64,000 nt of DNA, taken from the NCBI GenBank assembly GCA_000708835.1, contig DF236994.1, forward strand, positions 124,001 to 188,000, written 5' to 3'. The notes below the pieces were generated by a model. It was not told where the DNA came from, did not search any database, and saw nothing but the letters and a program-made list of their open reading frames with translations. Below are positions 24,201-37,375 of the stretch, one piece after another. Both the position numbers and the translations under genes were made by a program. Source of the DNA: Klebsormidium nitens (Eukaryota > Plantae > Klebsormidiophyceae). Within the stretch, counting starts at the first letter, position 1; each line of letters opens with the position of its first letter.

Positions 24201-26365
24201 CTTTGAATCTCAAACGATCGTTGTTGGCTCCCGGCAAGGCTCCTTTGCCCGACAGCCGGGTCGCAAAGGAGTCAGCGTTCTTGGCCATGAGAGAAGCTCA
24301 GAGTTTCGGACTATTTTTCGTTTTTGCCCGAGAAACTTGAGTACTTGCGCCGCTCTCATGGTGGCCTCCCCCCCTTCAGTGCAGGCCATGGTGGCATTCT
24401 GCGAGGGCGCCGAGGCGGACATGCACATGTTTTTCGACAGGGCCGGCGGGTAAGCAGCTACCCGCCTGTACCGGACGCTTTCCAGTCCGCCACAAGGCTG
24501 CAGAGCGCTGCACCGGTCTGATTTGGTCGTGGCCAGTGTGCGGATCTCGAAGTGTAGAGTGTTGGGTCCGCCATGGCCCTCGCGCGAGCTTGCCTCAGGG
24601 AAAGACCCGCGTTTGCCGTTCTACGGCGCTTCTGCCTGAATTTAGCGACTGACTAGTCCTTGTTGTGACGCACTTTCAGTGGAAGCGGGGCGGGACCTCA
24701 ATGCCATGCTCGGTTCCTGAGTACCACCCCTCGAAACAACTGCATCGTAACTCCGACTTGACACCGTATGCCGATCAGACTGATAACAACCATCTCGACA
24801 AGTCCTTGCAGATTCACACAGGCTTGTAGTGCTGTTTGAGGCGTCCTTCCGAGCATACAACAAGAGGAAGCAAACACTCCCTCTATAAGAATCTGAGTCG
24901 TCCCTCCCCCTCACAGGCCCGTTCTCTTCGCGCCCCGCTTCGGCCTCGACGACTCGGAGCACTCCGACTTCGACGCGGCGCTCGTTCTCGCGACCATGAT
25001 GGACTCGCAACTGCGACCGCCAGAGGCCGAACAACCGGGCGCCACACCAGGCCCCGGGAATCATGACCCGGGCACTTCTGCCACGCCCAACCAGCAGCGG
25101 CGGCCCCCGGAAGACGCCCCCACGTCCGTGAACCGGTCAGATCGGACGAACACGTGGTCGGAGCTCTCGGGTGAGGAGGGCCACCGTTTCCCCTTGCATT
25201 TTTTGGTGTAGCGCATGAAAGAGGGGTGAGCAGGACTGAGATTTGAAAAAGGCTTGAACTGTTTGGGTCGTTCGAGTTCCTTGTGTACGCTTGTCACCGG
25301 CCGCTCGGCTGTCGATGGGTGAGAGGAGCGGCTTGCAGACACCTAGAAATGAGCCTTAAGCCCGGACTCGTATTCTTGCTCTTGCATGGCAGACTTCCGC
25401 TCAGCAGGCCTACCTGAGTTTCAAAAGGTTCACGGCGGAGGCGTCGCTTCTCTGGTTGTCGTGCAGCTTTCGCAAACTAGCAAATCCGGTTATGCTGGAA
25501 CCATGCACAGAGCAGAGTCTTACACGACGAGGATTATGCAGTGCGTATACTTTTACCAACAGTCTTCCTAGGGCCTTCCGCAAGCGAATTGCGAAGACAA
25601 GTTCTTTAACGGCTTAGCGTTGGTGGTTTGCAGGGAGTGGCGCACGGACTGGCGCGGGACCGAGCCGAGGGCCGGACTCGCAAGGCGCCCAGCGCAGCGC
25701 CCAGGGGAGCGAGGAGATACCCATCAGGGAGCCGCCCAGAGCGGCGGCCCCTGAAGCGAACCAGTAAGTAGCTCTTCCCCCGAGGAAGTACGATATAGAT
25801 CCTTCTGGAAAACCGAGCGGAAACGTCTAGAGGGCCGGTTGTCCTGAAAGGCGCAATCAGCAGCTTCTGCTTGTCTCTTGACCTCATCCTAGGTGCTGTT
25901 TCGATGTTCGACGAGAGACGTTCTGTTGGTTTGTTGCTTCCTTTTAGCCGCGCCTGACCTGCGTAGAGTGGATTTGCGCTTCAAGCGTACGTTCGTTAAG
26001 GTACAAGCGCTTCCAACGTTTGCATGACAAACCTAGAATCTCATAACTCCGTTTCACAACCGCTCGAACTCCTCGCTGCCAGGAACTCGGACGACAGGTC
26101 AGCCGGACCGTCCAATCGGGAGCCCGAAGCACAAGCCAGTGGACGAACCAACTGGCAGCAAACCTTCGCCACTTCAGATGCATCCAAAGATCCTGCCAAA
26201 ACCCAAGCAGCCGACGCCCACAGAGATCCGTTAGTCCCTCAAGAACGACCGTCGCGGCCGCACTTTTACATGGATGACGACGGGGAGGATGAGAGGATGT
26301 CAGAGGAGGAAGAAGACGAGTTTGTGGTGCCGGCAACACCACCGGAAGAAAGAGGGGCGTATTGA
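21222..26365 (+). CDS. RAD9: RAD9 subunit of the 9-1-1 checkpoint clamp
   Basis: Spliced exons: MECILSGTQVKSFCRAVNCLARVGAELLLEA, LNSSRSAF...FFDSF, GIRKTYWI, TQLWIDP...TFSVKELK, AMVAFCE...MFFDRAG, DFDAALVLAT. Acidic tail ending DEFVVPATPPEERGAY*. The exon junctions I checked are phase-compatible. Confidence 0.92.
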
Positions 26366-26595
26366 TCAATTGGACGTATCTAACTCAGTGAGTGCTGCCG
26401 CTTCAGCCAATTGTCTGTTTATCAACAATCGAGCAGAGTGCTGTTCAGCCTACAGTGGACGTGGCTGCGTGTCTGGGGTCATTTTGACGGCTCTAACGCA
26501 CACCAATTTTCTCATCACGATATTAACCGTCATTAACCTAGATAATCAGCTCTTCGGCCCGCTAACCGAGCCTGCTAACTATTCCCCCACGCAAG

Positions 26596-26925
26596 ATCCA
26601 ATCCCCAACGGCCACGTTATGCTTATTAAAGTTCCCATGCCGACGCGGACTAGATTGCTTCTATAACGCGATGCGCCAATATCAATCGAGAGCACGTGCT
26701 AATGTCCATGTATATAAAGATCTGCCAGGTGATGGTCTAGGCTACCTAATTAACCATGCGTCTATAGTAAATCACCACATGCGGAAGGAGGCTGCATGGG
26801 CCTGGACGTTTTCAACTACGGCATGCGCATATTTGGTATACGTGTCAAGCAACTTGTCAGGACCTAGCCGCCGCCGAGGGTATAACCCAGTCGTGCGGTA
26901 TATATGGACGTGTCCGACGCGCGCG
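26596..26925 (+). pseudogene. Possible second degenerate SET-domain-like fragment
   Basis: DPIPNGHVM, then GDGLGYLINHAS (LINHA at 26746-26760), then after a 1-nt shift QATCQDLAAAEGIT. Weak motif resemblance. Confidence 0.2.
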
Positions 26926-27118
26926 CTGTACGACGGCCATTCAGCATGTGGATGCTACTTTCCGATGCGCTCGCGTGCAGAGAAACTCGACGACGTTTTA
27001 ATCGTCATCAACGCGTCAAGAGGGATCCCTCATGCAGGGCGAATCATTGCATAATTGTGCCACATTGTTGCACGTGGTTAAAGCGCAATTTATGATGGAG
27101 TTGGACAGGCCTGCTTCA

Positions 27119-30100
27119 CTAAGGTTCCGTTGTTTTCATTGCAGCAGGCAAGCTGCCGTCGGCTTGCAAATCGCCGGACTCGCACCGAGAAGCAACGCAC
27201 TGACTCAACTCATAGGTTTTAGCTGCATCGCTGTAAGGGCTCCTTACCCCCGACGTTTCCCCGGTCTGAACTGCTCTGACGAACGCCGCGAGCTCTTCGT
27301 AATACATGTCAACCGTCCGATCCACGGCGACCTGCAAAGCACGTAACTTGGGTTATTACAGTGCTGGATGGGTAGTCCATGCAGATAAGGTTTGAACGAG
27401 AGCATCATGACTCTTGCAAGAGGATCAAGCTTCTGAAAGGCATGGTTCTTCAACCGAAATTGGAGGATGATGCGGCCGACGATTGTTTGGTCCTAGCCCT
27501 TCCTCCATGTCCTCTAGATCGCACAGGAGATCATATGATTTCATGCGAAGGCGTTCGTTGACATTTTACTCACGAGATCTAGTTGAGCCCAAACGCCTTC
27601 CGAGATTGCGGCTAGCAAGCGACGGTGACAGTCGACTCACAAGCTAGCTCTCAGAAGAAGCTTCTTACCTCTTGGTAATCCTCCCGGCCCGGATGGCGCA
27701 CCCTGACCCGCGCGTCCGCGTACGGGTCACAGATGATGACGTGCAAGCCGTCAGCAAAGATGTCGATCTCGGTGAAAAACGCGGCCCCGTTGAGAACAAT
27801 GGTGTGAGTGAATGAACCGACGGCCCCGCTCTCGAACAAAAAGGTGGCGGCGGTGGCCCGGTTGATCCGACGCTCCCGGGGCACCTAACAAGTGCCTCGT
27901 GGCAATCAGCGTGCACATACGGCGGCGGATTAAGAATGAGGCGGGCGAAGGAGACCAAGCGACTGAGGTGTTAATTTCATTGTTTGCCTGCCGAAGACGA
28001 AGTGGGGCGTTTTTTAAAGTGTCTATCTTAACCACAGAAACGAAAAGAAAGCAGACGATGCTTCCACTTGATGTAAGGGCACAGCCGATGGTCTCAAAGG
28101 TGAGCCGCTCACAACACTGAAACTTAGAACGCCTAAAGAGTTACGTCTTTGCGCATCAGGTCGTTGCAAGAAGTTGCACTCTCCAGCAAAAGCTACAAAC
28201 ATGCGCGCCCTGTCCCGATTGATGCTGACAATCAACATGCATAACGTCGGACTTGCCACTCAGTGCCGACTTTCCAGCGTCGCGAACCCTTAAGCCCTTC
28301 CCTCTCAAACCGTCTTGTTACAGACCAAACTGCTTATATTCTTCCCGTCAACGAGCCCACCTGATGCTCCCCACCGGGGGCGGCCGGCATGTCCGACAGC
28401 GGGTACTCGGGCCCCACCGCAACCCCCCCCAGCGTTTCGTGCCGCACCTCCCCCCCGAAAAAGCGCATGAGGTCCAGAAAATGCGTGCCCTGCTCGACTA
28501 CGGGGCCCCCGCTTTGGGTGACGTCCCACCACTCCCGCTTCCGGATCTCGGAGTAAGCGCACGCGTACCGGGCGACGATGGCGGCGGGGGGGCGGCCGAC
28601 CTAGCGAATGGAGAGGGTCTGGAGGGCATTCGACATGTACGCTCAAAATGTAAGGACCATCTGTGTTTTTCGCCTTAAGTGTTCGGGCTCCGACAAATTG
28701 GCCGAGAATTCAATACATGGTCGAAGTCAGATAGTTTTGCACCTAATGCTCGGCCGGCCGATCCGGCGAACGAGGGCAGTCGACAACGGGCGGAGAACGC
28801 TCTGAGACCGACTACGTACAAGTGACAGAACGGTCGGTGAATAAGTGTTCGAGAGAACAAGAGCCTGTCTGGCAAGCCTGATCATACTCTCAATTCAAGA
28901 AGTGACTGTTCCTGAAACCGGGTTAAGGAGTCGCTCGGGTCGGACGGAGGTTTTTGCAGCTGTTGGTTCGGTTCTGCCTCTCGAGGCCATAAAGCGGCAT
29001 TTTCTCCGCATGGCGCTGGAGAAGATACAGTTGAAGAAGCTATTCACAACAAAGGCTACAGACGATGAAAATCAAGTCGACTCTGACAGTGTTACAAAGC
29101 GGGACAATGAAATGCGACTGCATGAAGCTAGTTCTCAAAATCGCTTGCCGGCTTAGCGAGACTTGGTCCAAGTGGCGTTGGAAAATCAATCGGGCGCTGC
29201 TCATATCTGCCTCTGTTGTCATATCCCTTAATCATGTATTCGTACCCTATCAGATGTGTGGGATCAAAACAACACCTGTCCCATATATCCTTTCAACACT
29301 TGTCGACTTACTGCTACAAACAAAGTAGCACAACGACTTCACATAAACTCACTTCAGCCAGGATCTTCTTGGCGGCGGTCACCGCGGGCGAGTAGCGTAG
29401 CATGTAGCCGACGCTCATGACGAGGCCCTTCTCCCGCCGCAGAGCCTCGAGCTCCCGCGCCAGCTGGCGCACTTCTTCGGACGGCCGGACGCTCAGCGGC
29501 TTGTCCACAAAGAAGTGGACGCCCGCACGCGCGAGGTCGAGCTCGATGCGGGCGGAGGGGTCGTGGAGGGAGCCTGTCGGAGAAGGGAATTTTCAGGAAA
29601 GAAGAACGTTTGCAATCGCTTCGTAGGATAGCTAGAACGGGCCGCTTTTCGCAAAATGGCTGACAAGCAAGCCTAAAAGCAGGAATGGAAGAGAGGAACT
29701 CACAGTGAATCTTTTTCCTGGAGGCTGTTTGCCCGAGGACAGGACATATGATGACTGTCAAGACCTACTAGAGACCAGAGTCACTCTTCCACTAAAGAGT
29801 GAAGTGCTGTGGTTCGAGCGCTGCTCTAAAGCAACACACAGAGAGACTTTCCAGTAGAACGAGCCTCTTACCATGAAAGACTGGGGGCACCCCGATGAAG
29901 ACAGCGTCAGGCCGCACGGATGGGCCCGTCAGAAGATCTCTGTGGCTGGCAAGGGCCTGCGTGTTCTTCCAAAGCTCCCCCCGTGGACCTTGTCGGCATT
30001 TGTCGATACGCGCCTGCAACCACAACATGGGTTTGGCTTTGCAATCTGTGCTGTGACTCAACCTTGCTCCTGAACGTTTGTTTTTAGAATTGTGATCAGT

Positions 30101-31157
30101 CATTATTACAAGACGGTCCATTCTTTCAGTTGAACTCTTCCCTGTCAAAAGCGTGTCCTCAATTTGACCTTGCTCCTATTCACAAAGAAGAGGGCATGGG
30201 TGATTCAAAGCTATCAAGAACAGGAAGACCCTATTGACATAAGCCCTTCCCCCTGAGCAGTTCTTTAAGGACTATTTGTGTCACAGGTACAGATTTTATT
30301 GATGTTCTGAAATTTACCTCACTGTATAGCAGATGCATTTCAAAAAATCGAAGTGTGGCACAACCTCTTACTTGTGCAAGTTCCACATTCGGGTCCACCA
30401 CTGCTGAAAAGGAGACCCCAGGAATCTCTTGCAGCCTGGCAGCATGATTCCAGGGCCCTTCAGGAGAACCAAAGTGTATCCCACCTGCAGATAGTGAAAG
30501 AGTCATAGTAACCCAGCATTGACTGTCATTTGATTGCTGGAACCAGGTTCTGAGAAAGAGGCCACGAAACAGAGGCCAGACCTCAATCATCGTCATATCT
30601 ATATTGTAATGCTTGGGGAGAAGACCTGTAATAAGCAACAAAAACAAGGAGGATAAAGTGGAAAGGAGGATCGGAAGTCAAGTCCCACTGCACTACCAGA
30701 TTGTGTAGGGCAGAAATACGACAGTATGTTGAGCCCCAGCCATGTTGAAGGTTCTGACATTGCTCGAAAGTCAATTACAGAACAAACATTGCTCGAAAAG
30801 AAAAAGTCAATTACAGAACCTGAAATTTCTAAAGTTGATTCCTGAATTGACATCAAGCGACTGCATTGAGGCTATATTCTCAAGCTTGACCATTGACGAG
30901 AAGTTTTCTGCATTCAGTCCAGCAGATTGGGCTAGAACCAGATACCAATTGGCTGCTCTCGTTTCCAAGGGGCAATGCCGACAGCCCAGTCGCATCACAC
31001 GCGAGCCGATGCTTTCACTGAGGACCTCCGAAGGTGTACCATTCATGCAATGCACCTCACCTGCACCAACCAGGGCTACATGCATCCATCTCTTTGCCGT
31101 AAATGCTGCACCACCTCCAACAGCCCTATCTTTCAGTAAAGTGAGGGCACGAAACAT
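27119..31157 (-). CDS. Gfo/Idh/MocA-family NAD(P)-dependent oxidoreductase
   Basis: Rossmann VALVGAG|GIHFGSPEGPWNH, DAVFIGVPP, HFFVDKPLS (EKP-like motif), MSVGYMLRY, SGGPVVEQGTHFLDL, and C-terminal DAAKTYELS on phase-compatible exons. The exact C-terminus is uncertain. Confidence 0.88.
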
Positions 31158-31242
31158 TGCGCAATGCTGCGAGCTACTCCGCAACAATCTAAGAATCAGC
31201 CGGAAGAAAATTCGTTGGACTAATCCGGGGGTGGTTTGAAAG

Positions 31243-31351
31243 CTCACAACAAAGGATTGCTATCGACTAGGGGTTCTGTCGAATCCACGCCTCTTCTGTT
31301 CACTACATACCGAGGCCGATGATAATTTCGGGAGCGCAGCCGCCAAACAAT
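31243..31351. repeat. Split direct repeat Y, terminal copy (109 bp)
   Basis: CTCACAACAAAGGATTGC...GCCGCCAAACAAT; 3 mismatches versus 33295-33403. Confidence 0.95.
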
Positions 31352-31820
31352 CGTAAAACCGCTGACACGTGAGCCCACGTAAAAAATGAGAAACCGCGGA
31401 ACGCGGTTTTGGAGCTCGTTTATAGGTATACATAGTGCAATATATGCGATTTAGGGACCCTATATGCGGGTAGAGATTAAAATTATGAATTTCTACCTGG
31501 AAGGTCGTAAACTTACAGGGTTTACCGTTCTGTAGATTCATGGCAAGTCGATTTCAAGGTACCCGGCCGCTTATAGTAGAAGCTATTAAAATAATTTGTT
31601 AGTGCCCATGCAACTGGGGGGCTGGTTTCCCGCTGCAGAACTACCCCCTGGCACTTAGCGCCTGCAGAATTCGAGCAGAATTCTTGATTGTCGGCGGTCG
31701 CTATGGCCGCCCCCCAAGCCGTCGATGGAAAGCAGCTACAAATCTAGCTGACGGCGAATCACATTTCCTGCTTTCAATCGGCAGGTCCCGTCCGATGGCC
31801 CCAACCATTCCTGGCCTTCC

Positions 31821-32400
31821 ACTGATCTTTGGTGTATTTTGCGCTGAACTGGGCCACTGAAGTCGAGGCATTCGCCTGCGCTCGGCATCTGCAGGCTCCA
31901 CTTCTAACTTTGGTCCTCAGTCACTGGCCTTCCTCTGCATCCTCTGTTTAATTTCTCAACCTCTGCCCCGCCCTTCACTCAACGGATCATGCACATTGCT
32001 TATAATGGAACAGATCATTATGAGGCTCTCGTAGTTCCCATCGCCGCCACCGCGGCCTTACTCTCGCACCAGGTCTACAATGATGATTCTCCAACACCCC
32101 CATACCCCTCCCGCTTCTTCCTCTGCCTTTGACGCCACTCATATTTTCCATCGTTCCTCTCGTTTCGCAGCTACACTTTGGTACCACTGGTCATCAGACC
32201 AAACGGCGTCGCATCGACTCCCGGACAATATGATACGTGCTCCCATATTCTGAAAGAAACCTTTGCACTGACATCGGTGTGATACACCGGTAGGCTCTGC
32301 CCTTGAGGCGTATGCTAGTCTGCAGTTTCCACCTGACGAGCTGCATGTGCCAGACGGTCAACCCCCAAAAAAAAAAACTGATCTTTGGTGTATTTTGCGC
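31821..32400 (+). mobile_element. Nested poly(A)-tailed retroposed insert with 24-bp TSD and OTU-like fragment
   Basis: ACTGATCTTTGGTGTATTTTGCGC at 31821-31844 and 32377-32400. An A run at 32367-32377 abuts the second copy. The insert translates WATEVEAFACARHLQAP and RIMHIAYNGTDHYEAL. Confidence 0.7.
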
Positions 32401-33110
32401 GCGCGCGTGAAACCCCGACCACAGCCTGATTATGCGGGCTGAAATTGCCCCCTAAATTTACGGACGTGACCGGGGGTCTATACATGAACGTGCGTTCTTG
32501 GCCGCAATATCAAGGACCTACCGATCACTCTTTCTGCATGGGAAAAGAAATACGGTCTAAAAGTACGGGCCCAAATTGCCCGACATGCACATAGCATAAT
32601 GTTCAACCTGGAAAGCGTTTTGTCGTCCAACTCTCGTCCAACTGGCCAGAAAAAAAAGGTTTGGCGGCACTAAACGACAAATTTTTTTTGCCCCATCGAA
32701 CAGAGACGCGTAGAAATTTGATACCCCAGCTCACGGCTCCTGTGAAGACGACGGATAAAACTTTTCCTTGCCCCATCTGCAAGTCCGGTGGTCAATCCGA
32801 CAGCTTCGTTATAGCTATTAAAGCTATAAACTCGCTAAAAAGGCTCGCCGGGTGAATATGGCAGGTCCGAGTCGGCGGTGAAAGATCGTTCGGCGACGGC
32901 AGAGTCTCGCGCGCGCGGGCGAGCGAGAGCGGCCAGGCCTTCGGTGTGCAGCAGAACAGCGTCTGGCGTGTCTGGCGCAGTTTCGAGAGTGCTGTCGGTG
33001 GGAGTAGTGTGGCACCTGGTGCGGGAAGCTTACACACGTGAGTGTAGCGTCTTTATGTCATTTGTTAAGGCTGTTCGACTGTTCGAGGTTGAGTCGGGGT
33101 GGGAGGGTGG

Positions 33111-33293
33111 GTACGAAAAACTTTCTACGCGCCTTGGCGCCTGGCAAAAAGCTCCTGCTAAGGAACTTTCGAATGATTCAGAACACGATTCATATCACGG
33201 ATGTTCTTGCTTAAAGTTCAAGTCTGCTACTGTCGAGTAAAAGCGTCGATAAATCAGGTGACGAAATCAACGGTTGACAAAGTATCATCCCTA
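33111..33293. repeat. Split direct repeat X, internal copy
   Basis: GTACGAAAAACTTTC...AAAGTATCATCCCTA; near-identical to 40806-40996 apart from a short indel and a few substitutions. Directly abuts the internal Y copy. Confidence 0.95.
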
Positions 33294-33294
33294 A

Positions 33295-33403
33295 CTCACA
33301 ACAAAGGATTGCTATCGACTAGGGGTTGTGTCGAATCCACGCCTCTTTTGTTCACTATATACCGAGGCCGATGATAATTTCGGGAGCGCAGCCGCCAAAC
33401 AAT
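33295..33403. repeat. Split direct repeat Y, internal copy
   Basis: Matches 31243-31351. Confidence 0.95.
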
Positions 33404-33434
33404 AGTTGCCCAAAAGAATGGCGGGCAAAGGATG

Positions 33435-34560
33435 ATGGTTGGCGTGCTTTGGCCGTGCAGTGAGGTGCAGGGAATCTGGAAACGGGCGAGGGGAATGGAT
33501 GAAGGACAGTCCGAGCCCGGGGCGAGGTGGACGGACGACGAGATAAGAAGGTTCTATGCCGAGAATCTGCAGAGCGCTGTAGGAATTGCGAATCGAGGAG
33601 TGAGTGAGGGATTCGAAGACAGTCGCAAGCGGACTTGGAGCGAGTTCGGGGATTTCTGCGGGCACGTTGGAATAGCTCCAGGCAAAGCTGAAGACGTCGA
33701 TGTGCTGGCATTTGTTCAGGGTTTCTGGTTACCACGGCACGTGGGAAACTGTCGCACGTATGGATCCGACGGCGGAAAGGTGGCCTCCGCGTCCGCTATA
33801 AAGGCGGTGCTAGCACACCTGGCCCAAGAGCTTCAGCATGCTGGGTCGGCGAACCGAGGAAAATCCTATTCATACTGAGAGCGTGAGGAGTTATCGGGAA
33901 GGTTATCGAAATCGGCTGCACGATTGCGGAGTTCGCGAGAAGAGAGCGAAGGTCTTCACGGAGTCAAAGGTGAATGACTTAATACTAGTTGGCTGCAGTT
34001 CACCAAGTGGATAAGAAGGACGGTCTAGAAGAATGCTGCGCGTTAACCGACTTAGCAATTGTGACTTACTTGTGGGAATCCTAGAGTCGGGGAAAGAAGT
34101 GCGGAGAACTCGAGGCGCGGCAAGTACGATTCGAGAGCGGAATAGTAGAAGCCGGCTGGTCGAAAACGGTTCAGATGGAACCGAGCGCGGAAATCCCTGT
34201 GAGCAGCGCCTTTTTAGAGTCCGCGGCTCGCCTGGTTTCCGTGTGCGAGCGGGAAGGTTATCCAGTGGGGAGCGGATTCCTGTTCCGGCCGTCAAACGTG
34301 CGGAAAAATGGTTTTAAAAACGAAGCCTTGAAAAGCGGAACTATGCGGCGCCGAGTGCAATTCAGCGTCTGCGGGAAGCAGGTTTATTCGAGGGCGAGAC
34401 GCTGCACAGCTTTCGCAAATCCGCTGTGCAGCATGCGGCCGAGATAGAGGGTTACGACGTCGCTCGGTTAATGGCACGAGGGCGCTGGTCTTCATACGCA
34501 GCCTTCCGGGTTTATGTTAGTAGAAGAGATAGCAAGCAGATTCCCACGACGAAGTGGTAG
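33435..34560 (+). pseudogene. Tyrosine recombinase of the retrotransposon (antisense to RT), disrupted
   Basis: Joining frames gives TYLWES*SRGKKCGEL (first catalytic Arg), WSKT, FLFRP, TLHSFRK (34405-34416) and GRWSSYAAFRVY. Several frameshifts and a TAG at 34082-34084. Confidence 0.88.
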
Positions 34561-34776
34561 GTAGCCGTTATAGGAGGTTCAATTAGATATCAGATATAGG
34601 TCTTTAGAAGTTCACAGTATTAACTCTGGAGATTTTCTGACTGTTTCTAACATGTACCTTCGTTTTGGATGTTACTTCAATTTCAATTCATGCGCATTCA
34701 ACGAATGACGTGGCATGAATTAACAATCAATTGATTCATTCGATTAGGGCCAGCTGTATGCAATGCTTATTACATA

Positions 34777-37375
34777 TCACCAGACTACGTGTATGATTTT
34801 TAAGCCAAGGAAAGCTGGGTTTCTGGTTCCTGAAGGGACTCTGAGGCTTGCTACACAGCTCTCTGATATCCTCGGGATCTGGAATACTTTTTGGGATGCT
34901 CTAGGCGCAATACTCTCTACTTGTGTATGCAGTAGCGACCCTTCAGGTATGCTTATGCAAACTAGCGCATCCGTTTTGTATCTCCGGAGGAGATCCAAGG
35001 CGAGCCCTGCCAGGCCTGGCGGAGGAAACACCCATGCACAACTGTCCTCGTGCGACTATCCTTGACCAGTCCAACGACTGAGCAAGGATCCCAGAGCATT
35101 CTGGCGTATAGTATTTGCTGACGAAGACAGGCGCCACGTGGAGATGGCTCGACGCGAAGAGGTCGACGGCAGGCCGGACTGAGAAGAACTCAGTCACCTC
35201 GTTGTAGAGCTTCGGGGAGAGGCCCCAATCAGAGGGGTCTGGCTCTCTGGAGAGGGCATCTGCTTCCTCTATTTCTTCCCTGGGAACCCATCGGGCGGCT
35301 ATGTCAAAGTCGTACGCTCTAGACAGCTCCACGAGCTTTTGGAGAGCAGAATTGATAAAGGGGGCCGCGCTTCTGCACTTGGTTAAGGCACTAACCCCGG
35401 CTTGACTATCTCCAATGACCAAGACTGAGCGTCCCTTGATCTCTTCTGGAGCTTGCTCCGCCACAACTTGCAAGGCAGCTGCATAACCGCCTACTTCTCT
35501 TTCCGAGCTAGATCGCAGCGCTTCCTCTTGGCTGAAGGTTCCGGCAACCTCGAGTCTTCTCGCCGATTACGTAACCGCGAAGCCCCCGAATCCTATTCCG
35601 GATGCATCCATTATGATCCGAGTCGACCGACGTTGGTCGCTTCCACCATCTTTTTCCGTTGAACCTTCCCAAGTTCTCCAACCAGAACTTGGCTGTCTGC
35701 ACTACTGTTTCCGGGTTAGGAAAGAGCGCGTCCCAACCAGTCCGGTTACTCAGGGCTTCATAGAGGGACCTGCTATAGATCGACACTGGAAGGACGGCAG
35801 GGGCGGCTGACGCTAGCATACCAGCTAGCTTGGCTATGGCTCGGGCTGACGTCAGCTTCCGGTCTACTATCTCCTGGAGGGCCTTCTCGATTCTAATCCG
35901 TCTGGCTTCAGTTAGGGAGAAGGTTTCTGTGAAGTTGAGTTGACGGGGAAGCCCAACCACTTCAGTTCCTGGAGCGGTTCCAGCTGGCATTTGGGAAGGC
36001 CGAAGAAGGCCCCCAGAGCTGCGAACAGGAGAACGTGTAAACAGGATTTGACGGAGGGCCTTTCCGAAGGTTTCCGCCGCAGTGAAGAGATCGTCTACGT
36101 AACCGGACAACGGAATCCCTAGGCGCCTGAGCTCTACGATCGGTTCCTTCATCACAGTCGTGAACACCCAGCAAGCTTGCGCAAATCCAAAGCAGAGCAC
36201 TTTGTAGAAGAAGGTCTTCTTCCCAATTTTGAAGCCAAAGTATTTCCAGTACGCAGGATGGATCGGTACATGGAAGTACCCTGACTTCAGATCTCCCGTG
36301 ACCATGAAAGATCCAGGAAACGTGAAGACGAGCACGTCCCTGAGTTTGTCATACTGAAAAGGGATCTGCTGCAAGAAAACGTTTAGGTACCTATCGTTAC
36401 AGATCAGCCTAAGCTTGCCAGCAGATTCAACCACCCCCATAGGATGGATGATTTCAGGGGGTTCCTGTCCTTCCGGCCAGACGCCTACCGCTCCGGATTC
36501 AAGATTCTTCCTAGTTTCATTGACTGCAAATTCAAACTGATCGTAGAAGGATTTGTGATTTGGGAATTCAATCCTCCTAGGCCTTTTTCCTTGGAGGAAC
36601 TGACGGACGCGATGGGGCCCGACTACTTTGGCCAGCATCGCTTCGACTATCCGCAGCTTATCCTTCCTGGCGTTTGCCACGCAATCGAAACGGGGCCTAA
36701 ATCCATGCTTTAACCAGCTAAGTACAGATTTGGGACTTTCTGGTAGATTCCTTTAGCAACTCTTCCCAAGCAGGGAAGAAAGATTGAAAGCTGCTGGCTA
36801 CAAATCTCTCATGGCTCGGAATCTGGCTGTGCAGGTTAAAAAGAACATCTAACGCCTGCGTGATCAGCTCATCTCACAACTCAGCGGCTGGTTCGTTCCT
36901 AATCTTCTGAATCAGATCTGTGACTTTCTCAACCTGACTCAGAGGAGAAGGGGCTTTGGAACTTCGGGGAGAGATTTGGCTTAGCTCTTCTGCAGTTGCA
37001 TCTTCTGTCTTCGACGCAGGGTCCACCCGGAAGGGGGTCTGTCGCTTCATCAATCGAGTCTTCCAACTCTTCCAGGGCTTTTGCTTCAGCCGCTCCCCGC
37101 TCTTCCGTCTCACAGGTTTCTGACTCCTCTTCTTCCCGCACGTCTCCTTCTGGCTCTCCCACAGAGGTTTTCCGTTCTTCGCTGTTACTAGCGACCTGAT
37201 CACGTTCTCCGGTTACTGGGGGCTCCGCTATCGGCTGCGCAGACTTATTACACGCCTGGTCCGTAACCGGGGGATCCCCTTCACCTTCGCTAACCGTTTG
37301 GTTACCCGGCGTCCCCAGCTTGGGTTTGCTAGCTGGACTCGCAACGTCGTCATTTCTGAGAAACATCAGAAACAT
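34777..37375 (-). pseudogene. pol-like ORF: reverse transcriptase, RNase H and adenine-methyltransferase-like domain, disrupted
   Basis: RT: KLRLICND, DLKSGYFHV, LCFG, YVDD (~36090-36101). RNase H: GDSQ...WVPREEIEEADALSR. MT-like: DLFAS...WAFPP. Multiple frameshifts and stops. Confidence 0.92.
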
